Origin: Desulfomonilia bacterium
Lineage (GTDB): Bacteria > Desulfobacterota > Desulfomonilia > UBA1062
Direction: 5' to 3'
DNA: 64,000 nucleotides
NCBI GenBank assembly: GCA_050014195.1
Contig: JBEKDT010000007.1
Coordinates: 128,001 to 192,000, forward strand
The notes beneath the pieces are model-generated. The model searched no databases. It saw only the letters and a list, made by a program, of their open reading frames with translations, and was not told the origin of the DNA. The position numbers were made by a program, and so were the translations under genes. Of the stretch, positions 10,625-20,369 are shown piece by piece (within the stretch, counting starts at the first letter, position 1; each line of letters begins with the position of its first letter).

Positions 10625-11650
10625 ATGGGAGAGCTGTATGTAGGGTTGGATCTGCATTCAGTGAACACGTACGTGGGCATCATGGAAGGTGAAACAAAGA
10701 GAAGGATATACCAGAACAGGCACAGGAATGAACTAGGGGAGATCCTGCAAGCGCTGGAACCGTATCGATGTGAGGTAAAAGGGATCGTTGTTGAGAGCAC
10801 GTATAATTGGTGTTGGCTTGTCGATGGGTTGATGGATGCTGGATATGATTGCGTTCATTTGGCGAATCCAGCTGCAATGAAACAGTATGAGGGGATCAAG
10901 TATAAAGATGACCGTCATGATGCATTCTGGCTCGCTCAGCTACTTATCCTTGGCATCCTTCCTGAAGGATATATCTATCCCAAAGAAGACAGGCCGGTGA
11001 GAGATCTATTGAGGAAACGAGCGTTTTTGATGCGGCACAGGACAGCCAATATCCTCTCATGCCAATCGATGATTGAGAGGAACACTGGGTTACGAATATC
11101 TGGAGCTGGGATCAAGAAGCTCTGTACAGAGGACTTGAGGAAGATCTTCGCTGATGATCATCTATTATTTTCAGGGAAGATGAGTACATTCATCATCGAT
11201 GTCCTGGATCACCATATTAAGAGTATTGAAAAGATGGTGCGCAAGGTCTTGAAGATTCGCCCGGGGTTTGAGGATCTGCTGACCGTCACTGGCATAGGAG
11301 ATATCCTGGCGATGACCATCATGCTGGAGGTGGGGAATATATCCCGGTTCCCTGGGGTAGGCAATTTTTCTTCGTACTGCAGGTGTGTCAACAGCGTTCA
11401 TACCAGCAATGGGAAGAAGAAGGGTGTTGGCAACACAAAGAACGGGAACAAGTATTTAGCCTGGGCATTTATGGAAGCGAGCAATTTTGCCAGGATGCAC
11501 AGTGAACGGGCGAATGCGTACTATCAGCGCAAGTCCCGGGAGACGAATCCTATCATTGCGAGGAAGGCGCTTGCGAACAAGCTTTCCCGTGCGTGCTACT
11601 ACATCATGAGAGATCAGGTTCCTTTCAGGGAGGAGGCCTTGTTCTCATAG
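10625..11650 (+). CDS. IS110 recombinase/transposase
   Basis: DEDD RuvC motifs VGLDLH, VEST, KDDRHDA; TVTGIG; SNGK; GNKYL; AGGAGG RBS. Confidence 0.95.
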   Translation: MGELYVGLDLHSVNTYVGIMEGETKRRIYQNRHRNELGEILQALEPYRCEVKGIVVESTYNWCWLVDGLMDAGYDCVHLANPAAMKQYEGIKYKDDRHDAFWLAQLLILGILPEGYIYPKEDRPVRDLLRKRAFLMRHRTANILSCQSMIERNTGLRISGAGIKKLCTEDLRKIFADDHLLFSGKMSTFIIDVLDHHIKSIEKMVRKVLKIRPGFEDLLTVTGIGDILAMTIMLEVGNISRFPGVGNFSSYCRCVNSVHTSNGKKKGVGNTKNGNKYLAWAFMEASNFARMHSERANAYYQRKSRETNPIIARKALANKLSRACYYIMRDQVPFREEALFS

Positions 11651-11654
11651 AATG

Positions 11655-12050
11655 GCTGGGGTGGTGAATCCGGAGAGACTGTTGGCTGACAACCAGTGTT
11701 TTTTGATTGATCCGCCACCCTATGCCCTAAAACTGAGATTATCCGGCAGGGAAGGATAATCCGTTTCTGATCCGCCTCTGGCATGAACCATGCGAGTTTG
11801 GACAAAGAGCCAAGGATTTTGAAATGAACATTTTGGACATGCCAGGGAACAGACGATTTTCTGGGGCCTGAAAATCAGGCCAAGGGTTACTAAGGCATTG
11901 GCTGTTGCTACGCTCCGAGATCCCTTTTGTCTCTCCGCTCCGCAACAGCCAGGCATGGCAACCTTGATCCCGATGGGTGACCGGTGCGGTTCAGGATAAA
12001 TGAATCGTAACCACATAAGAAAGAAATAACTGGTGTGGTATCGGAGATAG
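11655..12050 (+). ncRNA. Putative bridge/seek RNA of the IS110 element
   Basis: Stem-loops containing segments that match the target site (CTGTTG 11679-11684, GTTTTTT 11698-11704) and the circle junction (ATGGGTGA 11973-11980, GGTATC 12037-12042). Ends approximate. Confidence 0.7.
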
Positions 12051-12433
12051 ATAATCGTCCATGTTGGCGATACGGTAAACTCTGCAAGAGAAAAACGACT
12101 CTTGTATTGGGAGAGCTATTTTCTCATTGACAGAACCTTTTAATGGGCAACAGCCTCTTCTGATACCTTCAAGACAGCTAAAGCACAGATGTCCTCACGA
12201 GATGTGCTCATGTATGACAAGGTCATTTCTAGAAAGATCGTTATATCGATAGCCAAAAAATAAGCTTCTGATGAAGCATAGATATCATTTGAGAACCTGA
12301 TTCGATCCCTTTCATAATGTTATATGATATAGTATCATTTAATTTAAATAATACCGATATATTACTGCGGTAGAACTTATGTAGGCTAATTTAAGTATCA
12401 ACAGTCAAGAACATTGGGATAAATTATTGTCAC

Positions 12434-13195
12434 ATGAATACATTCTTGAAGTATATTAAATTATCTATACTTGCAATATCGATCTTCCTTTGCTCAGGAT
12501 GTGGTTCAATCTTTACATACTCTTGGATGCACTTTGGTACATATATCCAGCCAAAAACAAATAGAGAGAGGATAGATTATTTCATGGGTTCTCGAAGTGA
12601 TAGTTCTTTAATATATTCTCCACTTGCATCTTCAGGGGATAATATTTTAAGAGCACTTGCCATTTTTGATTTTCCATTGTCTTTTACTATTGATACGGTG
12701 TTATTTCCCTTCCTCATTGTTGAAAATACCACCCTTCAGCCCAAGTATCATTTTTTTAAATATCCTTTCGATGTAAGTCGATCAGATAGTAAGCTTATCC
12801 AAGATCTATGGATTTCTGACGATCGTGGTTGTGTACTTTATCTAGAGTTCGACTATACTGATTTGTCGGATGCGGACCGTGTTTTTAAGCTTGTTGGTGA
12901 AGCTAAAGGGCATGATCCTGGGATAGTAATTCCACTCCATCTAAGGATTCTGAACATTGACAACAAGGAATTACCCCCAAAATTAATTCATGAATACACA
13001 GTCTTAACACAAAATCAGTATTCGCATGGTGCTCGGGATTATTGGCGAGAATTATCAAGAATTGCTCTTACTCAAGGAATTTATCGTGTTGAAGTCAGTA
13101 CCATAAAAGAGATTCCCGAATTCTCAGGAATTTCAACATATATTCAAATGTCGAAGCCAATTCCATTCTGGAGCCCATACATGTTCCATGATTGA
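12434..13195 (+). CDS. Lipoprotein, YceK/YidQ-like N-terminus + DUF5625-like C-terminus
   Basis: Lipobox CSGC; DFPLSFTIDTVLFPF motif; C-terminal beta domain. Family names from recall. Confidence 0.6.
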   Translation: MNTFLKYIKLSILAISIFLCSGCGSIFTYSWMHFGTYIQPKTNRERIDYFMGSRSDSSLIYSPLASSGDNILRALAIFDFPLSFTIDTVLFPFLIVENTTLQPKYHFFKYPFDVSRSDSKLIQDLWISDDRGCVLYLEFDYTDLSDADRVFKLVGEAKGHDPGIVIPLHLRILNIDNKELPPKLIHEYTVLTQNQYSHGARDYWRELSRIALTQGIYRVEVSTIKEIPEFSGISTYIQMSKPIPFWSPYMFHD

Positions 13196-13652
13196 CATTG
13201 TGAAATTGATAAAATTTATAGATATCTATAAGCACATGAAGCTCGAATCATAGTATATATAACTCCTAAGAAAGTGCTTTTTTAATTAATATTATCAATT
13301 GGATATAAAAAGCAAAAACTGGAACTTTCTTCCATGAATAACCGGGGCATTGCCTCGGTCGGGGCTGTAATCAAGGTGGACTTTTCAAGATCCCGAAAAC
13401 CTATGATCTCCAAAAGATATTGAAATAAGCCCATCTCGGTGATCTGGTTACGAGAGCCTCACGGTATATGGACTTTCATCAAGGTAATATAAAGAGTACA
13501 AAAAGCAGGGTCCGTAAACCTTGTTTTCCTTACTAAAAACCGATATGAAATAGTGAGATTATCTGGAAAGTCACAGTGATCGTTGTAGTTGAAGAAGATA
13601 ATCTGATTAATTTCTCTAAATGACATAGCATCCATTAAGAAAAAGGATTTTA

Positions 13653-16139
13653 ATGAAAAAACATTTTTCTGTTAGTTTGATGGCCATTCTAATTCTAGTC
13701 TTGACTCTCTCTGGCTGCTATCTCCACAGCCGAGCTTTGACCACAACTTCATCTTCATCCACAAAATATTTTGCCTATGTCGCTGGTGGAGTACGCAATT
13801 ACATCTACGCCTATTCCATTAACGCCACGACCGGCGCGTTGACAGTTGCTTGCGGAAGTCCCTTTGCCACCAGTTCGAGTCCTCAATCAATCACAGTGGA
13901 CCCGATCGGTAAATTCGCTTATGTGACAAGTCAATTTTCAAATAATATCTCGATTTATTCCATTGACGCCACGACCGGTGCGTTGACTAAAATAAGTGAT
14001 AGCCCCTGTGCTGCCGGGTTGAGGCCTCTGTCAATCACCATGGACCCGACAGGTAAGTTTACTTATGTCACAAGTCATTTTTCAAATAATATCTCGGTTT
14101 ATTCCATTGACGCCACGACCGGCGCATTGACAGAAATAAGTGATAGCCCCTTTGCTGCCGGTTTGAAGCCTCAGTCAGTCACCGTGGACCCGACAGGTAA
14201 ATTCGCCTATGTCGCAAATCTTGGTTCAAATAACATCTCCACCTACTCTATTGATGCCACAACCGGTTCTTTGAGAGCTATTAACGGAAGTCCTTTTGCC
14301 GCTGCTTTAAACCCTAAATCAGTCACAGTGGACCCGACCGGTAAGTTCGCCTATGTCGCAAATCTTGGTTCAAATAACATCTCCGCCTACTCTATTGATA
14401 CCACAACCGGTTCTTTGCGAGCTATTGACGGAAGTCCTTTTGCCGCTGCTTTAAACCCTGAATCAGTCACAGTGGACCCGACCGGTAAGTTCGCCTATGT
14501 CGCAAATCATTCTTCAAATAATGTCTCAGCCTATTCCATTGACGCCACGACCGGCGCGTTGACGGAAATAAGCGATAGCCCCTTTGCTGCCGGTTTGAGG
14601 CCTCTGTCAGTAACAGTGGACCCAACAGGTAAATTCGCTTATGTCGTAAATTTTAGTTCAAATAATATCTCAGCCTATTCCATTAATGCCACGAGCGGAG
14701 CATTGACGTCTATTAGCGGAAGCCCCTTTGATACCGTTTCGGAATTTTCATCAATTATTACTGTAAGAATAAAGCATACACTGAGTTGTGGTAGCAATTG
14801 TAACACAGGAAGTGTAGGCACTCCTTCGGTTAAAATGAAAAATACAAATCTTGTAGATCTAACAAGAAATATTTCTTTATGGACATGGGTATCCGGGGAT
14901 ATTTCGGTTGACCAGATCGGGGTTTATGGCACTAAAGGAGTTGCTGCAGCCACAAATAAACCGGGAGGGCGGGTTGCTAGCATAAGTTGGACGGACAGCA
15001 AAGGTAATCTCTATCTCTTCGGTGGGTTTGGATATGACAGCGCAGGAAGTTTGGGATGGCTCAATGACCTATGGAAATATGACAGATCTGACTGGACATG
15101 GGTATCCGGGGATATTTCGGTTAACCAGATCGGAGCCTATGGCACTAAAGGAGTTGCTGCAGCCACAAATAAACCAGGGAGTCGGTGTGAAAGCATAAGT
15201 TGGACGGACAGCAGAGGTAATTTCTGGCTCTTCGGTGGGAATGGGAATGACAGCTCAGGAACGACCAACGGCGGTTATCTTAATGACCTATGGAAATATG
15301 ACGGAACGAACTGGACCTGGGTATCCGGGGATAATACGCAAGGCCAGCTTGGGGTCTATGGCACTAAAAGAGTAACATCAGCCACGAATAAGCCGGGGGC
15401 TCGGATCGGCAGTATAAGCTGGATGGACAGTAGTGGCAATCTCTGGCTCTTCGGCGGAAGGGGATTTGATGGCACAGGCATTGGGTATCTCAACGACCTG
15501 TGGAAATTCGACGGTGCCAACTGGACCTGGGTATCCGGGGATAGTATGGTTGCCCAGAACGGGGTTTATGGTACTAAAAAAGTTGCTGCTGGCACTAACA
15601 AACCAGGTGCGCGGAGTGGGAGCATAAGCTGGATAGACAGCAGCGGTAATCTGTGGCTCTTGGGTGGAGGTGGGTTTGACAGGGCAGGAAATTGGGGTTG
15701 TCTCAACGACCTGTGGAAATACGACGGTGTCAACTGGACCTGGGTATCCGGGGATAGTTACGTTAACCAGATCGGAGCCTATGGCACTAAAGGAGTTGCT
15801 GCAGTCACGAATAAACCAGGGGCACGGTTCGACAGCATAAGCTGGATGGATAAAAGTGATAATCTCTGGCTATTCGGCGGGATAGGTTATGACAACACAG
15901 GAAAATATAGTAGTCTCAACGATCTGTGGAAATTTGACAGAAAGGACTGGATCTGGATATCCGGGGATAGTACTGTTGACCAGAGCGCAGTCAATGGCAC
16001 TAAAGGAATTGCTGCAGCCACGAATAAACCGGGGGCACGGTTCGGCAGTATAAGCTGGATGGACAGCAATGGCAATCTCTGGCTCTTCGGCGGAAGGGGA
16101 CAAGGTGTTTTCAACGACTTATGGAAAGTCTCACCATAG
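13653..16139 (+). CDS. Lipoprotein with lactonase-type beta-propeller and kelch-type repeat domain
   Basis: Lipobox LSGC; ~7 x 47-aa VDPTGKFAYV repeats; ~6 x ~73-aa LWLFGG..LNDLWK repeats. Confidence 0.9.
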   Translation: MKKHFSVSLMAILILVLTLSGCYLHSRALTTTSSSSTKYFAYVAGGVRNYIYAYSINATTGALTVACGSPFATSSSPQSITVDPIGKFAYVTSQFSNNISIYSIDATTGALTKISDSPCAAGLRPLSITMDPTGKFTYVTSHFSNNISVYSIDATTGALTEISDSPFAAGLKPQSVTVDPTGKFAYVANLGSNNISTYSIDATTGSLRAINGSPFAAALNPKSVTVDPTGKFAYVANLGSNNISAYSIDTTTGSLRAIDGSPFAAALNPESVTVDPTGKFAYVANHSSNNVSAYSIDATTGALTEISDSPFAAGLRPLSVTVDPTGKFAYVVNFSSNNISAYSINATSGALTSISGSPFDTVSEFSSIITVRIKHTLSCGSNCNTGSVGTPSVKMKNTNLVDLTRNISLWTWVSGDISVDQIGVYGTKGVAAATNKPGGRVASISWTDSKGNLYLFGGFGYDSAGSLGWLNDLWKYDRSDWTWVSGDISVNQIGAYGTKGVAAATNKPGSRCESISWTDSRGNFWLFGGNGNDSSGTTNGGYLNDLWKYDGTNWTWVSGDNTQGQLGVYGTKRVTSATNKPGARIGSISWMDSSGNLWLFGGRGFDGTGIGYLNDLWKFDGANWTWVSGDSMVAQNGVYGTKKVAAGTNKPGARSGSISWIDSSGNLWLLGGGGFDRAGNWGCLNDLWKYDGVNWTWVSGDSYVNQIGAYGTKGVAAVTNKPGARFDSISWMDKSDNLWLFGGIGYDNTGKYSSLNDLWKFDRKDWIWISGDSTVDQSAVNGTKGIAAATNKPGARFGSISWMDSNGNLWLFGGRGQGVFNDLWKVSP
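13770..14760 (+). repeat. 141-bp coding tandem repeats
   Basis: Repeated gtggacccga..ggtaa.ttcgcctatgtcgcaaat units, some nearly identical. Confidence 0.85.
14875..16130 (+). repeat. ~220-bp coding tandem repeats (kelch)
   Basis: tgggtatccggggata...ggcactaaag...ataagctggat units. Confidence 0.85.
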
Positions 16140-16274
16140 GCCGGTGAAGCGCCTAGTAGCAGTCCAATAAGGTTATCTTTTCATAATGACGACGAAGGTA
16201 TCAGACCATAAAAAAGCACCTGAAGGATAAACGTGGTTATAGATAGCTGTAATAGATGGATGCTTTCATATTGG

Positions 16275-16560
16275 TCTGAAAAGTTGATATATTCGGATAC
16301 CTTCAAAACGACCTACTACAGATAGCCTAACGCATCTATCATTTTTAAGATGGATAATTTCTATATCAACCATGCCACTAGTTATACTTCTGCACGAGGG
16401 TAAAAAATATAGATCTCATCTAGAGATAGAAGCTTTCCTTGGCTTTCTGGAGCACACGTTTATCGTAGATATCGATAGTATGGCTTCGGAAGCAAGTTCT
16501 TATAGATCTTTACAGTCCACCTGGTTCATTGGCGAGTATAGATTGTGTGTAGATATCTTC
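16275..16560 (+). repeat. Degenerate intergenic repeat, copy 2
   Basis: Matches 10212-10410; 16282-16332 also matches 12158-12200 (ttc.gataccttcaa.ac..acagat..cct.acg). Confidence 0.65.
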
Positions 16561-16626
16561 AGTATGATCAGAGCGTTGAGTGTAACAAGATCTACACCTA
16601 TGGCTGACTCGGAATACGTATAAGAT

Positions 16627-18369
16627 TCATTCCAGGATAGAGGCCTGTGCACGTAAAAGGTCATGAAGGGTTACAATACCGGTTATGTTACCTGTTTTAT
16701 CATCAATAACAATGATGACGCCACTCGGTGATTCGATGAATTTATTACCTACATCCTTGACAGTTTGATCCGGATGACAGAATACAGCTTTGGGAATATC
16801 CGGTACTGCTTTATGGGTAATAAAGGATTCCATTTGATTCCGGGTAATAATGCCAACCTCATTATTTTCTAAAAGGATGGGGAAACAATTATAAGGGTGA
16901 TTATCGAGTATCGGCTGAAGATGGTTTTCATCAAGATTATCCACGACAATCGGGTGTGGATTGGCAATAGAAGATATGGGGAGGTTTTGCCAACTCTTGA
17001 TATCAAGAGGAGGCCGTATCTTGATGAGTTCGTGTCCATCCTGCAGCAGTAATGCGTCGTAGAAATTATTCCTGCCGGCTAAATGTGATACGATAACGCT
17101 GATGAATGTTCCAATCATCAACCCTGGTATAAGAGAGAACTGATGGGTCATTTCAAAGACAATTAATAATGAAGTAAGTGGAGCCCTCACTACAGCTCCA
17201 AGACATGTACTCATTCCGACCGCTGATAGAATAATTCGATCAGAAGACGTTAATGGTACCCATTGACCTATGAAACCTCCAATAAAATAACCGCACATAC
17301 CCCCGATAAAGAGCATGGGTGAAAAGATGCCTCCACATCCCCCGAAACTATAAGAGAATATCGTTGCAAAAAGTTTGGCGACCACGAGGATTCCTGCAAT
17401 CCACCAGATGATTTTATTGTCAAGTGCCTGCGAGAGATCCTGATACCCAAGACCGAAGACACCGATCTTCCCCACCGTCAGAAAAACGGAAACTCCTATT
17501 ATCCATGTAAGAATACCGCCACAGCAGGGAATAAGCCAGGCAGGGATACTCTTCTGTCTTTTGAGGTGATCTCGGAAGAAAAGAGTCGTGCGTTGAAAAA
17601 CAACACCAGCCAGTGATGCGACTGCAGCAACTAAAGGGACAAAGAAATAGTGAGTCCAGGTCGCATATTCAATGAAAGGCAGTCTAAAGGCAGGCTGCTT
17701 TCCAATGAAGGCAAACACGACAAACGCCCCGATCAGGGCAGATAAGACGACACGTCCGATAAAACGGTTATTTATATCGCTGACAAACTCCTCAAGGATA
17801 AATGTTATCGCTGCCAGCGGCGCATTGAAGGCCGCGGCTAATCCCGCGGAAGCGCCGATGACAACAGCACTTCGCCGCTGCCGAGCCGGTGTTCCCATGA
17901 TTCCTGCTATATTTGAAGCTATCCCGCCTCCGATATAGACCGTAGGTCCTTCTCGACCAAGGCTGGCACCTCCGCCTATGCTGAGAATGCCGGCTATGAA
18001 CTTAAGAAGGATGGGCCGCCATGGTACATATCCCAAATCCTTCCAGTAAGCCGCCTTTAGTTGTGGAATACCGCTCCCGGCTGCATCAGGGTTGAACCTA
18101 TAGAGGAGAATCCCCACGATAAGGGATGATCCGACAACAAAAATAAAGCTGGCTGCCAGGAAAAAGAGCTTTGAGTGAGTTGAGAATGCAATGAAAGTAT
18201 GTGCATATACATAGTTGAGAGCTGTCATGAAACAAATGGCTGATATACCTGCCAACATGGCATAAATGATTGTTTGAACAAGGGTACGTGTATTGTCAGG
18301 AAGTATTTTCAACAAAGAAAGTAATGAGTTGAATATATCTGTTTTCATGTTCATGTCATCCAAAAACAA
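16627..18369 (-). CDS. ClC-family chloride/H+ transporter with CBS domains
   Basis: GSGIP, GREGP, GGIFSP signatures; many TM helices; C-terminal CBS pair. Confidence 0.93.
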   Translation of the reverse strand: MFLDDMNMKTDIFNSLLSLLKILPDNTRTLVQTIIYAMLAGISAICFMTALNYVYAHTFIAFSTHSKLFFLAASFIFVVGSSLIVGILLYRFNPDAAGSGIPQLKAAYWKDLGYVPWRPILLKFIAGILSIGGGASLGREGPTVYIGGGIASNIAGIMGTPARQRRSAVVIGASAGLAAAFNAPLAAITFILEEFVSDINNRFIGRVVLSALIGAFVVFAFIGKQPAFRLPFIEYATWTHYFFVPLVAAVASLAGVVFQRTTLFFRDHLKRQKSIPAWLIPCCGGILTWIIGVSVFLTVGKIGVFGLGYQDLSQALDNKIIWWIAGILVVAKLFATIFSYSFGGCGGIFSPMLFIGGMCGYFIGGFIGQWVPLTSSDRIILSAVGMSTCLGAVVRAPLTSLLIVFEMTHQFSLIPGLMIGTFISVIVSHLAGRNNFYDALLLQDGHELIKIRPPLDIKSWQNLPISSIANPHPIVVDNLDENHLQPILDNHPYNCFPILLENNEVGIITRNQMESFITHKAVPDIPKAVFCHPDQTVKDVGNKFIESPSGVIIVIDDKTGNITGIVTLHDLLRAQASILE

Positions 18370-18464
18370 AGAAAGAATCTCAACCGGTCACATTATACCG
18401 AACGTGGAGGATCGGAATCCATACCCTTGATCGCATTAATTTATCGCTGTGCATGCAACTTACT

Positions 18465-18773
18465 TTAATGAACCAAACCAAGAACAGTTACTATAGTTAT
18501 CAGACATAAGAAGCTTAAGGCACTGATGAATATCGTGTCTGCATACTTTTCATAGGATTCTTGATTATTGTGAGAACGTATAGAAATATAGGATAATACA
18601 CTTGCAGCCATGAATAAAAGTATCCCTACCAGGCATAAATCATCTAACAAGGTTTTCTCATGCATTCTTGATACCCTGATTATACTGAAAATCAAAAAGC
18701 ATATCCCTAACAGATTCGATGATGCTGACAGGATATGATGGCTCTTTGAATTTTGAGGATTGTTCTCGGTCAT
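18465..18773 (-). CDS. Small 3-TM membrane protein (paralogue of 34768-35076)
   Basis: AAGGAG RBS; HILSASSNLLGICF. Confidence 0.8.
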   Translation of the reverse strand: MTENNPQNSKSHHILSASSNLLGICFLIFSIIRVSRMHEKTLLDDLCLVGILLFMAASVLSYISIRSHNNQESYEKYADTIFISALSFLCLITIVTVLGLVH

Positions 18774-18903
18774 GTTTTGCTCCTTTATGTACGGGTCATG
18801 ATAATCCTGGACTTAATATTCAAAAGGATATGGGGCAGCGCCACGGACGGTGCTCCTTTTGGTTTGTAGCAAAGTCGGCGGCGCCACCACATTGCGGGCA
18901 GTG

Positions 18904-19452
18904 CTATTTATTTACCACTACAAAATGATCTCTTCTGTTTTTTGCCCATGCTTCTTCATTATGCCCTGGATCAAGGGGACGTTCTTTTCCATAACTGATG
19001 GTGGAGATCCGGTCTTTTGCAATCCCCAGTTCAACCAAGTAGTTTTGAGCAGCTTTGGCCCTCCTGTCTCCAAGCGCAATGTTGTACTCTGTAGTGCCTC
19101 TCTCATCACAGTTCCCCTCAATCCGGATTTTTAGATTAGAATGGGCCATCAGGAAAGAAGCCTTATCGTTGAGTATTTTAGTGTCCTCTGAGTTAAGATC
19201 ATACTTGTCGAAATCAAAATGGATGTCCTTGTTCTCAAATGTCTTTATCTCATCTTTTATTTCTTGCATGGCAGATGGTGCTTCAGTTTTGGAAGATTCA
19301 AACGTTGGAGGTGGTGTCTGCACGGATTGCTTTTGCACCGGGGGCTTCACCTCTTCAGTTTTTTCCATTATATTCTTCTTTGCACAGCCAACCGTGATAA
19401 AACCTATTCCGACAAACAAGATAATGATTATATTTAACCATGTTCTCTTCAT
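18904..19452 (-). CDS. pal: Peptidoglycan-associated lipoprotein
   Basis: Lipobox TVGC; IHFDFDK, EGNCDERGT.EYNIALGDRRA, KNRR. Confidence 0.93.
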   Translation of the reverse strand: MKRTWLNIIIILFVGIGFITVGCAKKNIMEKTEEVKPPVQKQSVQTPPPTFESSKTEAPSAMQEIKDEIKTFENKDIHFDFDKYDLNSEDTKILNDKASFLMAHSNLKIRIEGNCDERGTTEYNIALGDRRAKAAQNYLVELGIAKDRISTISYGKERPLDPGHNEEAWAKNRRDHFVVVNK

Positions 19453-19633
19453 GGTATTCCTCCACTGTAGTTAATTGTTGAGTATGAATAGTTACCGCTT
19501 ATTGCTCCGGGGATAACGACCTTATTACAGGTGCTTTATCCTATACAGCCATTATCCCAGACTCAAGACGACCAGATGCCGGGGCAATAGTGAGATGAAA
19601 TATCCCTAATAAATCGTTTGCTCTGTGGGGATC

Positions 19634-19921
19634 TTATTCAGGGGGAGGCCTTGCATATAAGGTGAACGGCTGTTGAAATGACCATGATGAAACAATGTAT
19701 TTATATTCAGTTTGAGAAATTAATATCGTGTTCCTGATTTCAGGACCGAGAGCCGCTATGGGTACTTCTTCGATACTGCCTTTGACATCATTTACCTGAA
19801 AGGACTTAAAATCAAAGTTGGTGGTCGATACACTTCTCACCGGCCTGATAGCTTGACCTGCAAGGCATAGAGAATAACTGAGCCCCAGTATCGAGAGTAG
19901 TATTAATATCTTTTTCATCAC
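19634..19921 (-). CDS. Small secreted protein, truncated paralogue of 19935-20369
   Basis: Similar signal peptide and KGSIEEV segment. Confidence 0.6.
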   Translation of the reverse strand: MMKKILILLSILGLSYSLCLAGQAIRPVRSVSTTNFDFKSFQVNDVKGSIEEVPIAALGPEIRNTILISQTEYKYIVSSWSFQQPFTLYARPPPE

Positions 19922-19934
19922 AATAACCGATTGA

Positions 19935-20369
19935 TTATTTCTTCAACTCCACCTTGATATCTTTATTGGGTTCCTGCAAGATATTCGCTGGTGCTGAACC
20001 TATCTTGGAAGGCTTGATGGAGAGTGCCACTGAATACCCCTCCTTATTGATTTTGTATTTTATCCTCACGAATTGTCCTTTCGTAATCTTATCCAATGTC
20101 GTGGCGTTCCACCCTGGATCATAGATCGTCGTGGTCGGCCGTATGACAAAGGTGTGTTTCTGACCATCCCATGTAATAATCGTGATCTTCGGCCTTACCT
20201 CATTTACTAGATCTTCAAGGACTACCTCCTCAACCTTGCCCTTGATCTCCTTGGACCTTCCGGCCTTTGCCTGTATATCCTTGGTCGGAGCCGATTCAGG
20301 CTGTACGGCAAGGCAGACTGAGGAGATGAGTCCAAAGATGCACACGATCATCAGAATTCTTTTCATCAT
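19935..20369 (-). CDS. Secreted OB-fold-like (DUF5666-like) protein
   Basis: Start MMKRIL.. gives a signal peptide; TTTIYD..TLDKITKGQFVRIKY pattern. Confidence 0.7.
   Translation of the reverse strand: MMKRILMIVCIFGLISSVCLAVQPESAPTKDIQAKAGRSKEIKGKVEEVVLEDLVNEVRPKITIITWDGQKHTFVIRPTTTIYDPGWNATTLDKITKGQFVRIKYKINKEGYSVALSIKPSKIGSAPANILQEPNKDIKVELKK

Larger units (their letters stand above)
10550..12147 (+). mobile_element. IS110 family (IS1111-type) insertion sequence, ~1.6 kb
   Basis: Subterminal IRs CCCATCTAAAAGGTT (10555-10569) / AACCTTTTAATGGG (12134-12147); long 3' non-coding region; outward TTGACA 12127-12132; no TSD. Confidence 0.85.
10413..12157. mobile_element. ~147 bp MITE with 18-bp terminal IRs (IS5/IS1182-like ends), right IR split by IS110
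   Basis: Left IR GAGGCTGTTGAAAAACTC 10413-10430; right IR reconstituted as GAGTTTTT (10542-10549) + CAACAGCCTC (12148-12157); TTC on both flanks (10410-10412, 12158-12160). Confidence 0.8.

Noticed and set aside
13770-16130. CRISPR-like periodic repeats
   Set aside because: Repeats are in-frame coding units of 141 and ~220 bp, with no unique spacers or cas genes.
2745-16600. Integron (integrase + cassettes with attC sites)
   Set aside because: The recombinase lacks a recognisable IntI-specific insertion, and I found no RYYYAAC..GTTRRRY attC pattern.
18370-19633. Fluoride or c-di-GMP riboswitch upstream of clc/pal
   Set aside because: Consensus elements (GATGG..GCTrATGAC; GGCAAA..GAAA..GACGCAAA) not found.
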